Shown here piece after piece: positions 6,828-14,677 of a stretch of 34,667 nucleotides of DNA (position 1 is the first letter of the stretch; every line of letters starts with the position of its first letter). A program made the position numbers and the translations under genes. The notes below the pieces were generated by a model. It was not told the DNA's origin, did not search any database, and was given only the letters and a program-made list of their open reading frames with translations. Source of the DNA: Methanobacteriota archaeon (GTDB taxonomy: Archaea > Thermoplasmatota > Poseidoniia > Poseidoniales > Poseidoniaceae); the NCBI GenBank assembly GCA_002726845.1, contig PBSP01000065.1, positions 1 through 34,667 of the forward strand. The letters run 5' to 3'.

Positions 6828-8798
6828 TTGAGCGAGCCAAACAGAATTCAACAACTCGATGACCTCACCATAGGGCACATCGCAGCCGGAGAGGTTGTTG
6901 AACGGCCTGCTCAGGTGGTGAAGGAATTGCTTGAGAATTCGCTTGATGCAGGTTCGAGTTCCATCCATGTGTCCATTGAGCGTGGTGGATTCGATCTTAT
7001 CCGTATTGAAGATAATGGAAGTGGAATCCACGAAGATGATTTGCAATTGGCTTTGTCGCGACATGCAACTTCAAAATTGCGTCAACCGGAGGATTTGAAT
7101 GAAATTCATACGCTTGGGTTCCGAGGAGAAGCGCTCGCAAGCATTGGAGTTGTTTCTCATCTCACGATCGCATCCCGCCCGGAAGGGCATGAAGGTCGAA
7201 GCATCTCCATGGTTGGTGGAGTACGTCAATCAATCGAGGCTGTAGGAATGGCGTCAGGAACTGTGGTAACGGTAGAGCACTTGTTCCAAAACACACCAGT
7301 ACGTCTTGGTTTTCAACGTCGACCGGCTACCGAACATGCCCGAATTGTGGAGGTTGTTGTTTCTCATGCAATAGCACATCCCAAGGTTGCCTTTCGGTGT
7401 ACAATCGATGGGAGGGCGACGCTTAATCTACCTGCAAGTGATTCTATAGAAAACCGTTTGTACGATGTATTGGGTGGTCAATCGGCAAGTCTGCTCCCGC
7501 TTATTGTACCCGCACAAGATGAGGATGTACCAGGAGATGAATCATGGACAGGATACATTAGTGCACCAGATATATCTCGAGGAAAAGGCGATGAAATTCA
7601 TGTGTTTGTTAACGATCGTCCAGTTGCATCCACGCCCTTCCACCAAGCGATTCGAAGAGGATATCGGACCCGATTAATGCAGGGGCGACATCCTGTCGCA
7701 GTGCTTCATTTGCACGTTCCAGCCGATGAAGTCGATGTTAACATTCATCCAACAAAACGAGAGGTTCGTCTCCGTCACTCTTGGCGTGTTCTCGAACGAC
7801 TTGAAAGAGCAATTGCTCACACGCTTGCAACATCTCCAACGCAGCCCGATTCAAGTGGTGAACTGCACGAACTGCAAGGGCTGGCTTCTTCTGAAGAGAA
7901 ACAACCAATTCAAGAATTGTTGATGCCTCAAGAAAAAATCAGTGATGAGGGGGTAGCAAAACCCGCTCCAGCATGGGCGCTTGCAGCAGGCACACAACTC
8001 AATCTCGTTGGCAAAGTTGCTGAAACAATGCGACAAGAAATTGAAAAACCACGCCCACAATCCACGGCAGCATCTGCACAAAAAGTACTTCCGGGTATGG
8101 CCCCAGATCCAGTAGCACCCGCACTCTCGCACCAAGAACGAGAATTGCATCGCCATGCTGGTTGTGGAGTTCGTGTTTCGCCAACCGAAGAAACACCCCT
8201 ACCAACTGTCGAAAACGATGTACCCGAAATGGAACCCTTGTCTCAATTTGCTGACTCCTATATTTTGGCACAATCCGGTGAGGATTTGCTTCTCATCGAC
8301 CAACATGCATTGCATGAGAGGATTCGCTATGAGCGCCTGCGCAACGACGAAAGCCTGTGGGAACCGCAATCCCGGCTTGTCCCCTCTCGAATTGAACTCA
8401 CTTTGGCCCAAGAGGCTCGACTGGAATCCTTTTTGGAACGCTTTGAAGCACTTGGCTTCCTGTTTTCCAAACAGAGCGATGGACAATGGGACGTCACACA
8501 AGCTCCTCGATTGTTGGATGGTGATGAGGTTGAGCCGTTTGTTTTGGACCTGCTTCAAGACATGTCTGAAGATGGATCTCCGTTTGAGACCATTGAGCGA
8601 AGAAAAGATCACCTTGCTTTCATGAATGCATGTCGTGGAGCGGTTAAGGCGAACGATACGTTGACCATTGCGCAAATGCGTCGATTGCTCGAAGACATGA
8701 GAAACGTTCCAAATCCATGGGCGTGCGTTCACGGTCGACCTACTGCTCTTCGATTGTCACTGAACTCGCTTGACAAGCACTTCGGTAGGCATGGATGA
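6828..8798 (+). CDS. mutL: DNA mismatch repair protein MutL (endonuclease-type)
   Basis: GHKL ATPase motifs ELLENSLDAG, DNGSGI and GFRGEALASI. C-terminal DQHALHERIRYE (DQHA-x2-E-x4-E), ACRGAVKAN and CVHGRPT. TTG 6828 is 6 nt downstream of GGAGGAGG and 1 nt after the mutS stop. The ORF-track TTG 6792 would overlap mutS by 35 nt. Confidence 0.95.
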   Translation: MSEPNRIQQLDDLTIGHIAAGEVVERPAQVVKELLENSLDAGSSSIHVSIERGGFDLIRIEDNGSGIHEDDLQLALSRHATSKLRQPEDLNEIHTLGFRGEALASIGVVSHLTIASRPEGHEGRSISMVGGVRQSIEAVGMASGTVVTVEHLFQNTPVRLGFQRRPATEHARIVEVVVSHAIAHPKVAFRCTIDGRATLNLPASDSIENRLYDVLGGQSASLLPLIVPAQDEDVPGDESWTGYISAPDISRGKGDEIHVFVNDRPVASTPFHQAIRRGYRTRLMQGRHPVAVLHLHVPADEVDVNIHPTKREVRLRHSWRVLERLERAIAHTLATSPTQPDSSGELHELQGLASSEEKQPIQELLMPQEKISDEGVAKPAPAWALAAGTQLNLVGKVAETMRQEIEKPRPQSTAASAQKVLPGMAPDPVAPALSHQERELHRHAGCGVRVSPTEETPLPTVENDVPEMEPLSQFADSYILAQSGEDLLLIDQHALHERIRYERLRNDESLWEPQSRLVPSRIELTLAQEARLESFLERFEALGFLFSKQSDGQWDVTQAPRLLDGDEVEPFVLDLLQDMSEDGSPFETIERRKDHLAFMNACRGAVKANDTLTIAQMRRLLEDMRNVPNPWACVHGRPTALRLSLNSLDKHFGRHG

Positions 8799-10103
8799 CA
8801 ATCGGTCCAGGAACATTGGGTCTGCAATTTGGTGAAGATTTGGTCCCTCAACGACTCCGCCCGTTTTCGTGGCAAGCAGAACGGCAGTCATCTGAATGCG
8901 GTGATCGTCGGATGTTCGAATCGGCTCCGTCGGTTTCTTTAATCGTTGATTTCCTTCTATAGAAAGGCCATCATCCTCAATTTTACACGAAAGTCCGAAC
9001 GATTTGAGGAGGGTTGCTGTGGATTTAATGCGGTTGCTTTCTTTGTATTTGGCGTGTTGAGCACCACGCAATCGGCCACCACCTGAAAGGGCGAGAATCG
9101 CCGCCAAAGGTGGAAGCAAGTCGTTAGCATCTCGCAAATCAATATCAACGTACTGAACATCATTGTTGTGAGTTAGGACTCCATCCAAATCCTGAATTCC
9201 AAAAGCGCACAAATGAGTCATTAGTATCTCATGACCGAGTGCATCATCGGGTAGGACTGGATTTTGAATCGTAATCGATTGTTGAGTCAACGAACATGCA
9301 AGGATTGGGAATGCCATCATTGAAGCATCTGGGGGTACATGCCATTCTTCTGGTGGATTCGATGACCAAGCCTGTATTGTTGTTTTGTTGTTTTCGATGA
9401 CGAATTTTGCACCGCTTTCTTGCATTAACTTGAGTGTTAGTTCGGCATGCCGACGACTCACGCCTTCACCAATCGTTTCGACAGTCATCGGTTCTTGCAA
9501 ATCGGAGGTTGAGAGCAATAAACTGGAGAACGGTTGCGACGAACGACTCACATCAACGCGAAGTTTGTTGTCTTGCCAAGGACCATTCATTGTAATTGGT
9601 AGGGTTCCTTCACTCGCCGTTTCGGACACTTTTACACCAACTCCTACAAGTGCATCGAGAAGATCGGAGTGGTGCCGATTTCGTAAGCTGGAATCACCAT
9701 CAAGAGTGTTGGTAAAATCGAGTCGAGAACATAAGCCAATAAGGAATCTCAAAGACGTTCCAGAATTACCGGCGTTCAATACATCCGCTGTTGGTTCAAA
9801 CCGCCGCATTCCTCTACCAACAATTTTCATGCCATCACCGATTTGCTCAAATGTTGTACCAAGGCGGGTTAAACATTGCCGCATACTTTCTGCATCGTCG
9901 CCAAGTTGGTTGAATCCGAGCAATGTATGTTCTTTGTTACTTAGAGCACACAAATACAACATACGGATAAGATGGCTCTTTGAAGGGGGAAGAACCCATG
10001 GTGCATTTTTAATCGTGGAAGGTTGGATTTCAAGAGCAGGAATATCGATTGAATTCTGAATCTTCCCGCTAGGCTCACCGTGGTTTACCTCGGTGTTGCC
10101 CAT
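8757..10103 (-). CDS. aroA: 3-phosphoshikimate 1-carboxyvinyltransferase (EPSP synthase)
   Basis: PPSKSHLIRMLYLCAL (active-site Lys-Ser), LNAGNSGTSLRFLIGL and DDHRIQMTAVLLA; 448 aa. The 3' end overlaps the mutL 3' end by 42 nt. Confidence 0.92.
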   Translation of the reverse strand: MGNTEVNHGEPSGKIQNSIDIPALEIQPSTIKNAPWVLPPSKSHLIRMLYLCALSNKEHTLLGFNQLGDDAESMRQCLTRLGTTFEQIGDGMKIVGRGMRRFEPTADVLNAGNSGTSLRFLIGLCSRLDFTNTLDGDSSLRNRHHSDLLDALVGVGVKVSETASEGTLPITMNGPWQDNKLRVDVSRSSQPFSSLLLSTSDLQEPMTVETIGEGVSRRHAELTLKLMQESGAKFVIENNKTTIQAWSSNPPEEWHVPPDASMMAFPILACSLTQQSITIQNPVLPDDALGHEILMTHLCAFGIQDLDGVLTHNNDVQYVDIDLRDANDLLPPLAAILALSGGGRLRGAQHAKYKESNRIKSTATLLKSFGLSCKIEDDGLSIEGNQRLKKPTEPIRTSDDHRIQMTAVLLATKTGGVVEGPNLHQIADPMFLDRLSSMPTEVLVKRVQ

Positions 10104-10173
10104 GAATCTCCCAGAAAATCATATCAGATGAAGGCTTGCAAACATTCACAACACAAAACCAACTGGTTGTTCC

Positions 10174-11175
10174 ATGGCTATTGAGGATACACACAATCGT
10201 CCTCTCCTAGACCTACGAATTTCAGTAACCGATCGGTGCAACATGCGATGCCGTTATTGCATGCCAAGAGAACATTTTGATCGAAACCATCGGTATTTGC
10301 CGAAAGAGGATATTCTGAGTTTTGAGGAAATCGTGTGTGTGGTCAAGGCATTGATTCCACAAGGCCTTCGTAAAGTACGCCTGACGGGAGGCGAACCTCT
10401 TCTGCGCCGGGATTTGCATGAATTAATCCACCAGATACGCTCGTGCTCTCCAGAACTCGATATTGCAATTACAACAAACGGTTTGCTGCTGAAAAAACAT
10501 TTGAATCAATTGCATCAGGCGGGATTAAGTCGGGTAACGGTATCTTTGGATTCCTTGGACGAGAAGATCTTTCAATCCATGGGCGATACCAAAGCCCACC
10601 CATCTATTGTTCTCGACGCTATCGATGCAGCCCAAAATATCGGTCTTCCGGTGAAAATCAATACGGTTGTCAAAAAAGGCGTCAACGATCAACATGTTGT
10701 TTCAATGGTTGAAGCATTTGGGCCTCGCAACATCCCCGTTCGATTCATCGAATTTATGGACGTGGGAACGACCAATGACTGGAATCTAGAGAACGTTGTA
10801 TCAGCAGATACAATGCGTTCATCTCTTGCGCGTCATTTTGGCCCTCTTCGACCTCGCCAACCAATCCATAAAAGTGATGTTGCAAATGTTTACACGACGA
10901 AGGAAGGCTGGAGCATTGGTTTCATCGAATCCATCACAAATCCATTTTGCGGTGATTGTACACGCGCACGGCTTTCAGCAAACGGCAGCATCTACACCTG
11001 CCTTTTTTCAAACAAAGGTCAAGATGTAAGGGGTATTTTGCGTATGGGTGGCACGCCAGGAGACATCTCACAAGCTATTCAATCGATTTGGATGAATCGA
11101 ACAGATCGATATTCTGAGCGACGAACAGAACAAACCAAACGCCTGAAGGTAGAAATGTCGTATATTGGTGGTTGA
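10174..11175 (+). CDS. moaA: GTP 3',8-cyclase MoaA (molybdenum cofactor biosynthesis, radical SAM)
   Basis: Radical-SAM CNMRCRYC, GGEPLLR, C-terminal second cluster CGDC-x13-C, and the terminal Gly-Gly typical of MoaA. Confidence 0.95.
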   Translation: MAIEDTHNRPLLDLRISVTDRCNMRCRYCMPREHFDRNHRYLPKEDILSFEEIVCVVKALIPQGLRKVRLTGGEPLLRRDLHELIHQIRSCSPELDIAITTNGLLLKKHLNQLHQAGLSRVTVSLDSLDEKIFQSMGDTKAHPSIVLDAIDAAQNIGLPVKINTVVKKGVNDQHVVSMVEAFGPRNIPVRFIEFMDVGTTNDWNLENVVSADTMRSSLARHFGPLRPRQPIHKSDVANVYTTKEGWSIGFIESITNPFCGDCTRARLSANGSIYTCLFSNKGQDVRGILRMGGTPGDISQAIQSIWMNRTDRYSERRTEQTKRLKVEMSYIGG

Positions 11176-11181
11176 ATCACA

Positions 11182-11964
11182 ATGCTTGAAGAGGATGAAG
11201 CAACGTCAGAAGACATGAACGCAGAACAAACCATACCATTGTTCGTTTTACCATCTGGAATCTTTCCAACAGTGAGCGAATCGCTACGTGTTTTCGAACC
11301 CAGATACAAGCAAATGCTTGATGATTGCACAATTGATGAACACCCATTCGGTTATATCGCACACGACCCTGATTCGGAATCCATCGATGGGTGGTCTCAA
11401 CCCTCCACATTTGGAGTGTTGTGCACGCTTGAAGACATGCGCGAGCAAGGAACGAATCTTACATTTACGGCTAACGGTAACCAGAGGTTTGAGGTTCTCG
11501 ATGTGGTACAATCCGCTCTACCTTCGATGCCATTCGGCGATGTGTACCCCAGCGTTGATGATTTGGTAGAACAATACGCAGATGACTCCCCAAAAGGGAA
11601 GTTGTATCTGCGAGCGAAAATCAGGTTACTTGATGAACTCGAAGGTGAACTTACTGCTGAACATTGGGCATCCTTCCTTCACGATTGGGCTCAACACATT
11701 GTTGATGTTAACTCAATTTTCCGAGACGATCAGATTGAACTTGAACAAATGCTTCTTATTCTTGAAGAAGAATTTCTGCCGTACGAAACTTCTTCTCTTT
11801 GGCAGGTCGCCAATGCAGTGCTGGACAAACAAGAAGACCGTCAATCCGCTCTTCGCTCATCGTCATCAGAGGATGTGTTTGAAATCCTTCAGACCGCATT
11901 GAGTGAAAAAAACGCTCAACTCAATTTCATTCGCACGCTGAGTGATGCGGACGACCAATCATGA
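11182..11964 (+). CDS. Lon N-terminal (LON substrate-binding / PUA-like) domain protein, stand-alone, with acidic C-terminal extension
   Basis: IPLFVLPSGIFPTVSESLRVFEPRYKQMLDDC matches the lPlFPL...L.iFEpRY..m motif of the Lon N-domain (COG2802-like). Starts 6 nt after the moaA stop. Confidence 0.75.
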   Translation: MLEEDEATSEDMNAEQTIPLFVLPSGIFPTVSESLRVFEPRYKQMLDDCTIDEHPFGYIAHDPDSESIDGWSQPSTFGVLCTLEDMREQGTNLTFTANGNQRFEVLDVVQSALPSMPFGDVYPSVDDLVEQYADDSPKGKLYLRAKIRLLDELEGELTAEHWASFLHDWAQHIVDVNSIFRDDQIELEQMLLILEEEFLPYETSSLWQVANAVLDKQEDRQSALRSSSSEDVFEILQTALSEKNAQLNFIRTLSDADDQS

Positions 11965-12447
11965 AACCATTGGCGGTAATTCAACACGGACAAGAACGTA
12001 CTGAATGCTTTGGTCGGACAAAGTGAAAATCCACACGCCTTCATCCGTGCCCATTTGGCTTGAATGCAGAACAAAGTAATCCCCTGCAGACATGGAGTAA
12101 CTTGCATCTCGGTCATGGAAGGATATGTTTGAACCAATTACAGAATAAACGTCTGCATCGCTTACAATGCCTGTGAAAGAGGAATTACTGCTTGCGCCTT
12201 GTTCTTGAAGGTTGAAGGAAATAAAGCCTGGATCGAGGGTTTGATCCAAACTTGTGATTCGAATGACATGATATCCATTGTCAAGAGATCTGACGCTAAC
12301 GGTCATTTGTGGGGGAGCCTTTTCTGCTGTGTTTAGAGCACCTTGCATGAGTACGAAGACCATACCAGAGAGCATAACGGTGATGGCAAGAAGGAGAACG
12401 GTCGCTATAACAGGGCTGACCGCCTCGTCTTCTATCCGTTCTCTCAT
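11959..12447 (-). CDS. archaeal type IV pilin-like protein (class III signal peptide, DUF1628-type N-terminus)
   Basis: MRERIEDEAVSPVIATVLLLAITVMLSGMVFVL has a short charged leader, then [AG]-VSPVI and a hydrophobic helix. ATG 12447 is preferred over the ORF-track TTG 12456. Confidence 0.7.
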   Translation of the reverse strand: MRERIEDEAVSPVIATVLLLAITVMLSGMVFVLMQGALNTAEKAPPQMTVSVRSLDNGYHVIRITSLDQTLDPGFISFNLQEQGASSNSSFTGIVSDADVYSVIGSNISFHDRDASYSMSAGDYFVLHSSQMGTDEGVWIFTLSDQSIQYVLVRVELPPMVS

Positions 12448-12502
12448 CAAATTCAACCAACGGGTCGTCTTTATTCAAAACACCGATGGAATCGAGCGAA
12501 AA

Positions 12503-13603
12503 TCACAGAATAAAGAACATTCTTTTGCAGGTTACGGCTCTCCAAACGATTCCTTTTGTCAGTCTATTGAAAAGCAGGTTCAACATCCAATTTGGAAGAC
12601 GAAACATCAAGGAACCTATTTTGAAGGACCGTTTCGAGTTTTTCATAACCTTCCCCATTTGTTTTTTCCAAATATCCTCATACGTTGACAACGGAACATT
12701 GTTTTCGAGATGTTCATGGATGACTTCACCAGCAATTCGCCCTCCAATCATTGCAATGGTGATCCCTGCTCCATTGGAAGGGAGCACCATTCCAGCTGAA
12801 TCGCCAACCAACATGAAGTTGCCTTTGACGAAGGATTTCAGTGTTCCAGACATTGGTAGCCCGCCAGCTCCATTGAAGGTGGTTTCACCGTCGTATTTGG
12901 ATATGAAATTATCAGCGTAATGGTTGAGTGTTTTTCCTTTTGCAAAAGATCGTTGTATGCCTAAACCGATGTTGGCACCACCCGTTTTAGGAAACATCCA
13001 AGCATAGCCCCCAGGTGCGACTGAGCCAAAATGCAACTCTACCGCATCACCAAAGTTGCCATCCATTAAACAGAATTTTACTGGAATTGTGGTCGATTTC
13101 TCGTCCCAATATTCTCTTCGAATTGGTCCATTATGTCCACCAGCGTCAACAATCACTTTCGCGGTAAGCGTGGTTCCGTCTCTGAGGAAAACCGTGTTTC
13201 CTTCTGCGCGTAGTACACGTTTGCCAACCATGTAGTTTGCACCGGATTTTTTTGCGATTTTGACGAGATTTTCATCGTGAATCACACGATTCAACATCAA
13301 CCCTTCAAAACGATACTTTAGAGCTTTACCGGAAGGCGTGATAATGTGCATTTGGTCGCAGGTCATGGAAATGGCTTCATCGGGTGTTTGAAACAAATCA
13401 TCAACGTCAGGAACGTCAGGACACAATCGCTTCATTTCTTCATTGCTGGGGACCAATTCTCCACATTGAAGTGGTGAACCAATTGGGTCCCGGCCATCAA
13501 TGACGAGAACATTTACGCCTTTTTGGGCAGCATAGCGGGCTACTGTGCTGCCCGCAGGTCCTCCACCGATAACGATGGCGTCGTAATCAAACTCGCTTGA
13601 CAA
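12503..13603 (-). CDS. geranylgeranyl reductase family FAD-dependent oxidoreductase
   Basis: YDAIVIGGGPAGSTVARYAAQKGVNVLVID (GxGxxG FAD fold at residue 8) and LVGDSAGMV; 366 aa. The start is TTG 13603, 7 nt after GAGGG. No alternative ATG exists upstream of the Rossmann motif. Confidence 0.85.
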   Translation of the reverse strand: MSSEFDYDAIVIGGGPAGSTVARYAAQKGVNVLVIDGRDPIGSPLQCGELVPSNEEMKRLCPDVPDVDDLFQTPDEAISMTCDQMHIITPSGKALKYRFEGLMLNRVIHDENLVKIAKKSGANYMVGKRVLRAEGNTVFLRDGTTLTAKVIVDAGGHNGPIRREYWDEKSTTIPVKFCLMDGNFGDAVELHFGSVAPGGYAWMFPKTGGANIGLGIQRSFAKGKTLNHYADNFISKYDGETTFNGAGGLPMSGTLKSFVKGNFMLVGDSAGMVLPSNGAGITIAMIGGRIAGEVIHEHLENNVPLSTYEDIWKKQMGKVMKNSKRSFKIGSLMFRLPNWMLNLLFNRLTKGIVWRAVTCKRMFFIL

Positions 13604-13612
13604 ATCCAGCCC

Positions 13613-14596
13613 TCAATTTTCTCGTGTTTGCATTTTCTCAACAATGTTCAGAAGTAGCCTTTTTGAGTTTGTATCTGGCAAGGAATCCAGTTCTTGAATC
13701 GCTCGCTCGAGATGTGTGTGCATCAAGCATTCTGAGTAGTGGATTGAGTCCGATGTGTCCAACAGAGTCATAAGTTCGTCCCAGAGATTATCGCTAAAAT
13801 TGTTGAGAATTTCTGACAGCCGCTGTCGACGTTTGCCATGGAGTAGCGTCAGAGCATGAATAAGAGGTAGTGTCATTTTCCCCTCAATAATGTCCTTGCC
13901 GCGTAATTTGCCCATGCGCTCATCGCCTCGCAGATCGAGAAGATCGTCCATGAGTTGGAATGCTATACCCAATTCCATACCAAATCGACCGAGTGCTTTG
14001 GATTGCTCTGGAGTGGCCCCCGCAATAATTGCAGCACTTTCACAAACCGCTGAAAATGGGCCAGCGGTTTTCCCTCGAACGATTTGGAGATAGTCCTCAG
14101 GAGATGTTGATAGGTCCAAAACGTGATCGAGTTGTTTGAATTCGGAAACTGCGATGTTTGCGCATGCTTCCCGTATCAAGTCGATGCACTCTTTTGTGTA
14201 TCTTCCACTCAAACCGTATCCTTGTACAAAGAGCCAATCTCCTGCAATGATGGCTTTGGGTTGACCAATCCGTTCATGGAGTGTCATTATGCCTCTGCGA
14301 AGTTTCGCTGCGTCGTTGATGTCATCATGAATCAGTGTGGCTGTGTGAATCAATTCAAATGCGATTGCGAGATCCATAATTTCATCGATGTCTTCTCCAC
14401 CTGATGCTTCGTAGCAAAAGATTCCAAGGAGCGGTCGAAGTCGTTTACCTCCAGAAAGAAGAATTTCACCGGAAAGTTTGGCAACTTCTCCAGAACCCTT
14501 GTCAATTTCTCGTTGAATGAGTGCTTCTAGCGCCACGTTGACCTTTTCTCTCGTATCTTCAAGACGGAGAAGTTGCGCTTCTGGAATTGCTTGCAC
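13613..14596 (-). CDS. trans-polyprenyl diphosphate synthase (IspB/HepT-like FARM context)
   Basis: FARM is LIHDDINDAAKLRRG and SARM is FQLMDDLLD; 327 aa; GTG start at 14596. See the finding on chain-length residues. Confidence 0.92.
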   Translation of the reverse strand: MQAIPEAQLLRLEDTREKVNVALEALIQREIDKGSGEVAKLSGEILLSGGKRLRPLLGIFCYEASGGEDIDEIMDLAIAFELIHTATLIHDDINDAAKLRRGIMTLHERIGQPKAIIAGDWLFVQGYGLSGRYTKECIDLIREACANIAVSEFKQLDHVLDLSTSPEDYLQIVRGKTAGPFSAVCESAAIIAGATPEQSKALGRFGMELGIAFQLMDDLLDLRGDERMGKLRGKDIIEGKMTLPLIHALTLLHGKRRQRLSEILNNFSDNLWDELMTLLDTSDSIHYSECLMHTHLERAIQELDSLPDTNSKRLLLNIVEKMQTREN

Positions 14597-14648
14597 AATA
14601 CACTCGAAGAGGGTGTCCTTCTTAACGAGTGGGCTACGCCCATAGATT

Positions 14649-14665
14649 GCTGAGGGGACCTCAGC
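14649..14665. promoter_or_regulatory. perfect 7-bp inverted repeat GCTGAGG-gga-CCTCAGC in the divergent idsA / HemC-like intergenic region
   Basis: Read directly. It ends 12 nt before ATG 14678 and immediately abuts the GAGGTGA ribosome-binding sequence. It could be an operator or a 5'-leader hairpin. Confidence 0.3.
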
Positions 14666-14677
14666 CGAGGTGAATTT

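Noticed and set aside
8199-8732. 177-aa minus-strand ORF antisense to the mutL C-terminal domain
   Set aside because: The plus frame carries the complete MutL endonuclease motifs, so the antisense frame is a shadow ORF.
9385-10059. 224-aa plus-strand ORF antisense to aroA
   Set aside because: It lies entirely within a confidently identified aroA. It has Ser/Cys/Arg-rich low-complexity composition typical of shadow frames.
10104-10173. Molybdenum-cofactor riboswitch upstream of moaA
   Set aside because: The divergent spacer is only 70 nt and must also hold the aroA promoter. That is too short for the Moco aptamer, which is a bacterial element anyway.
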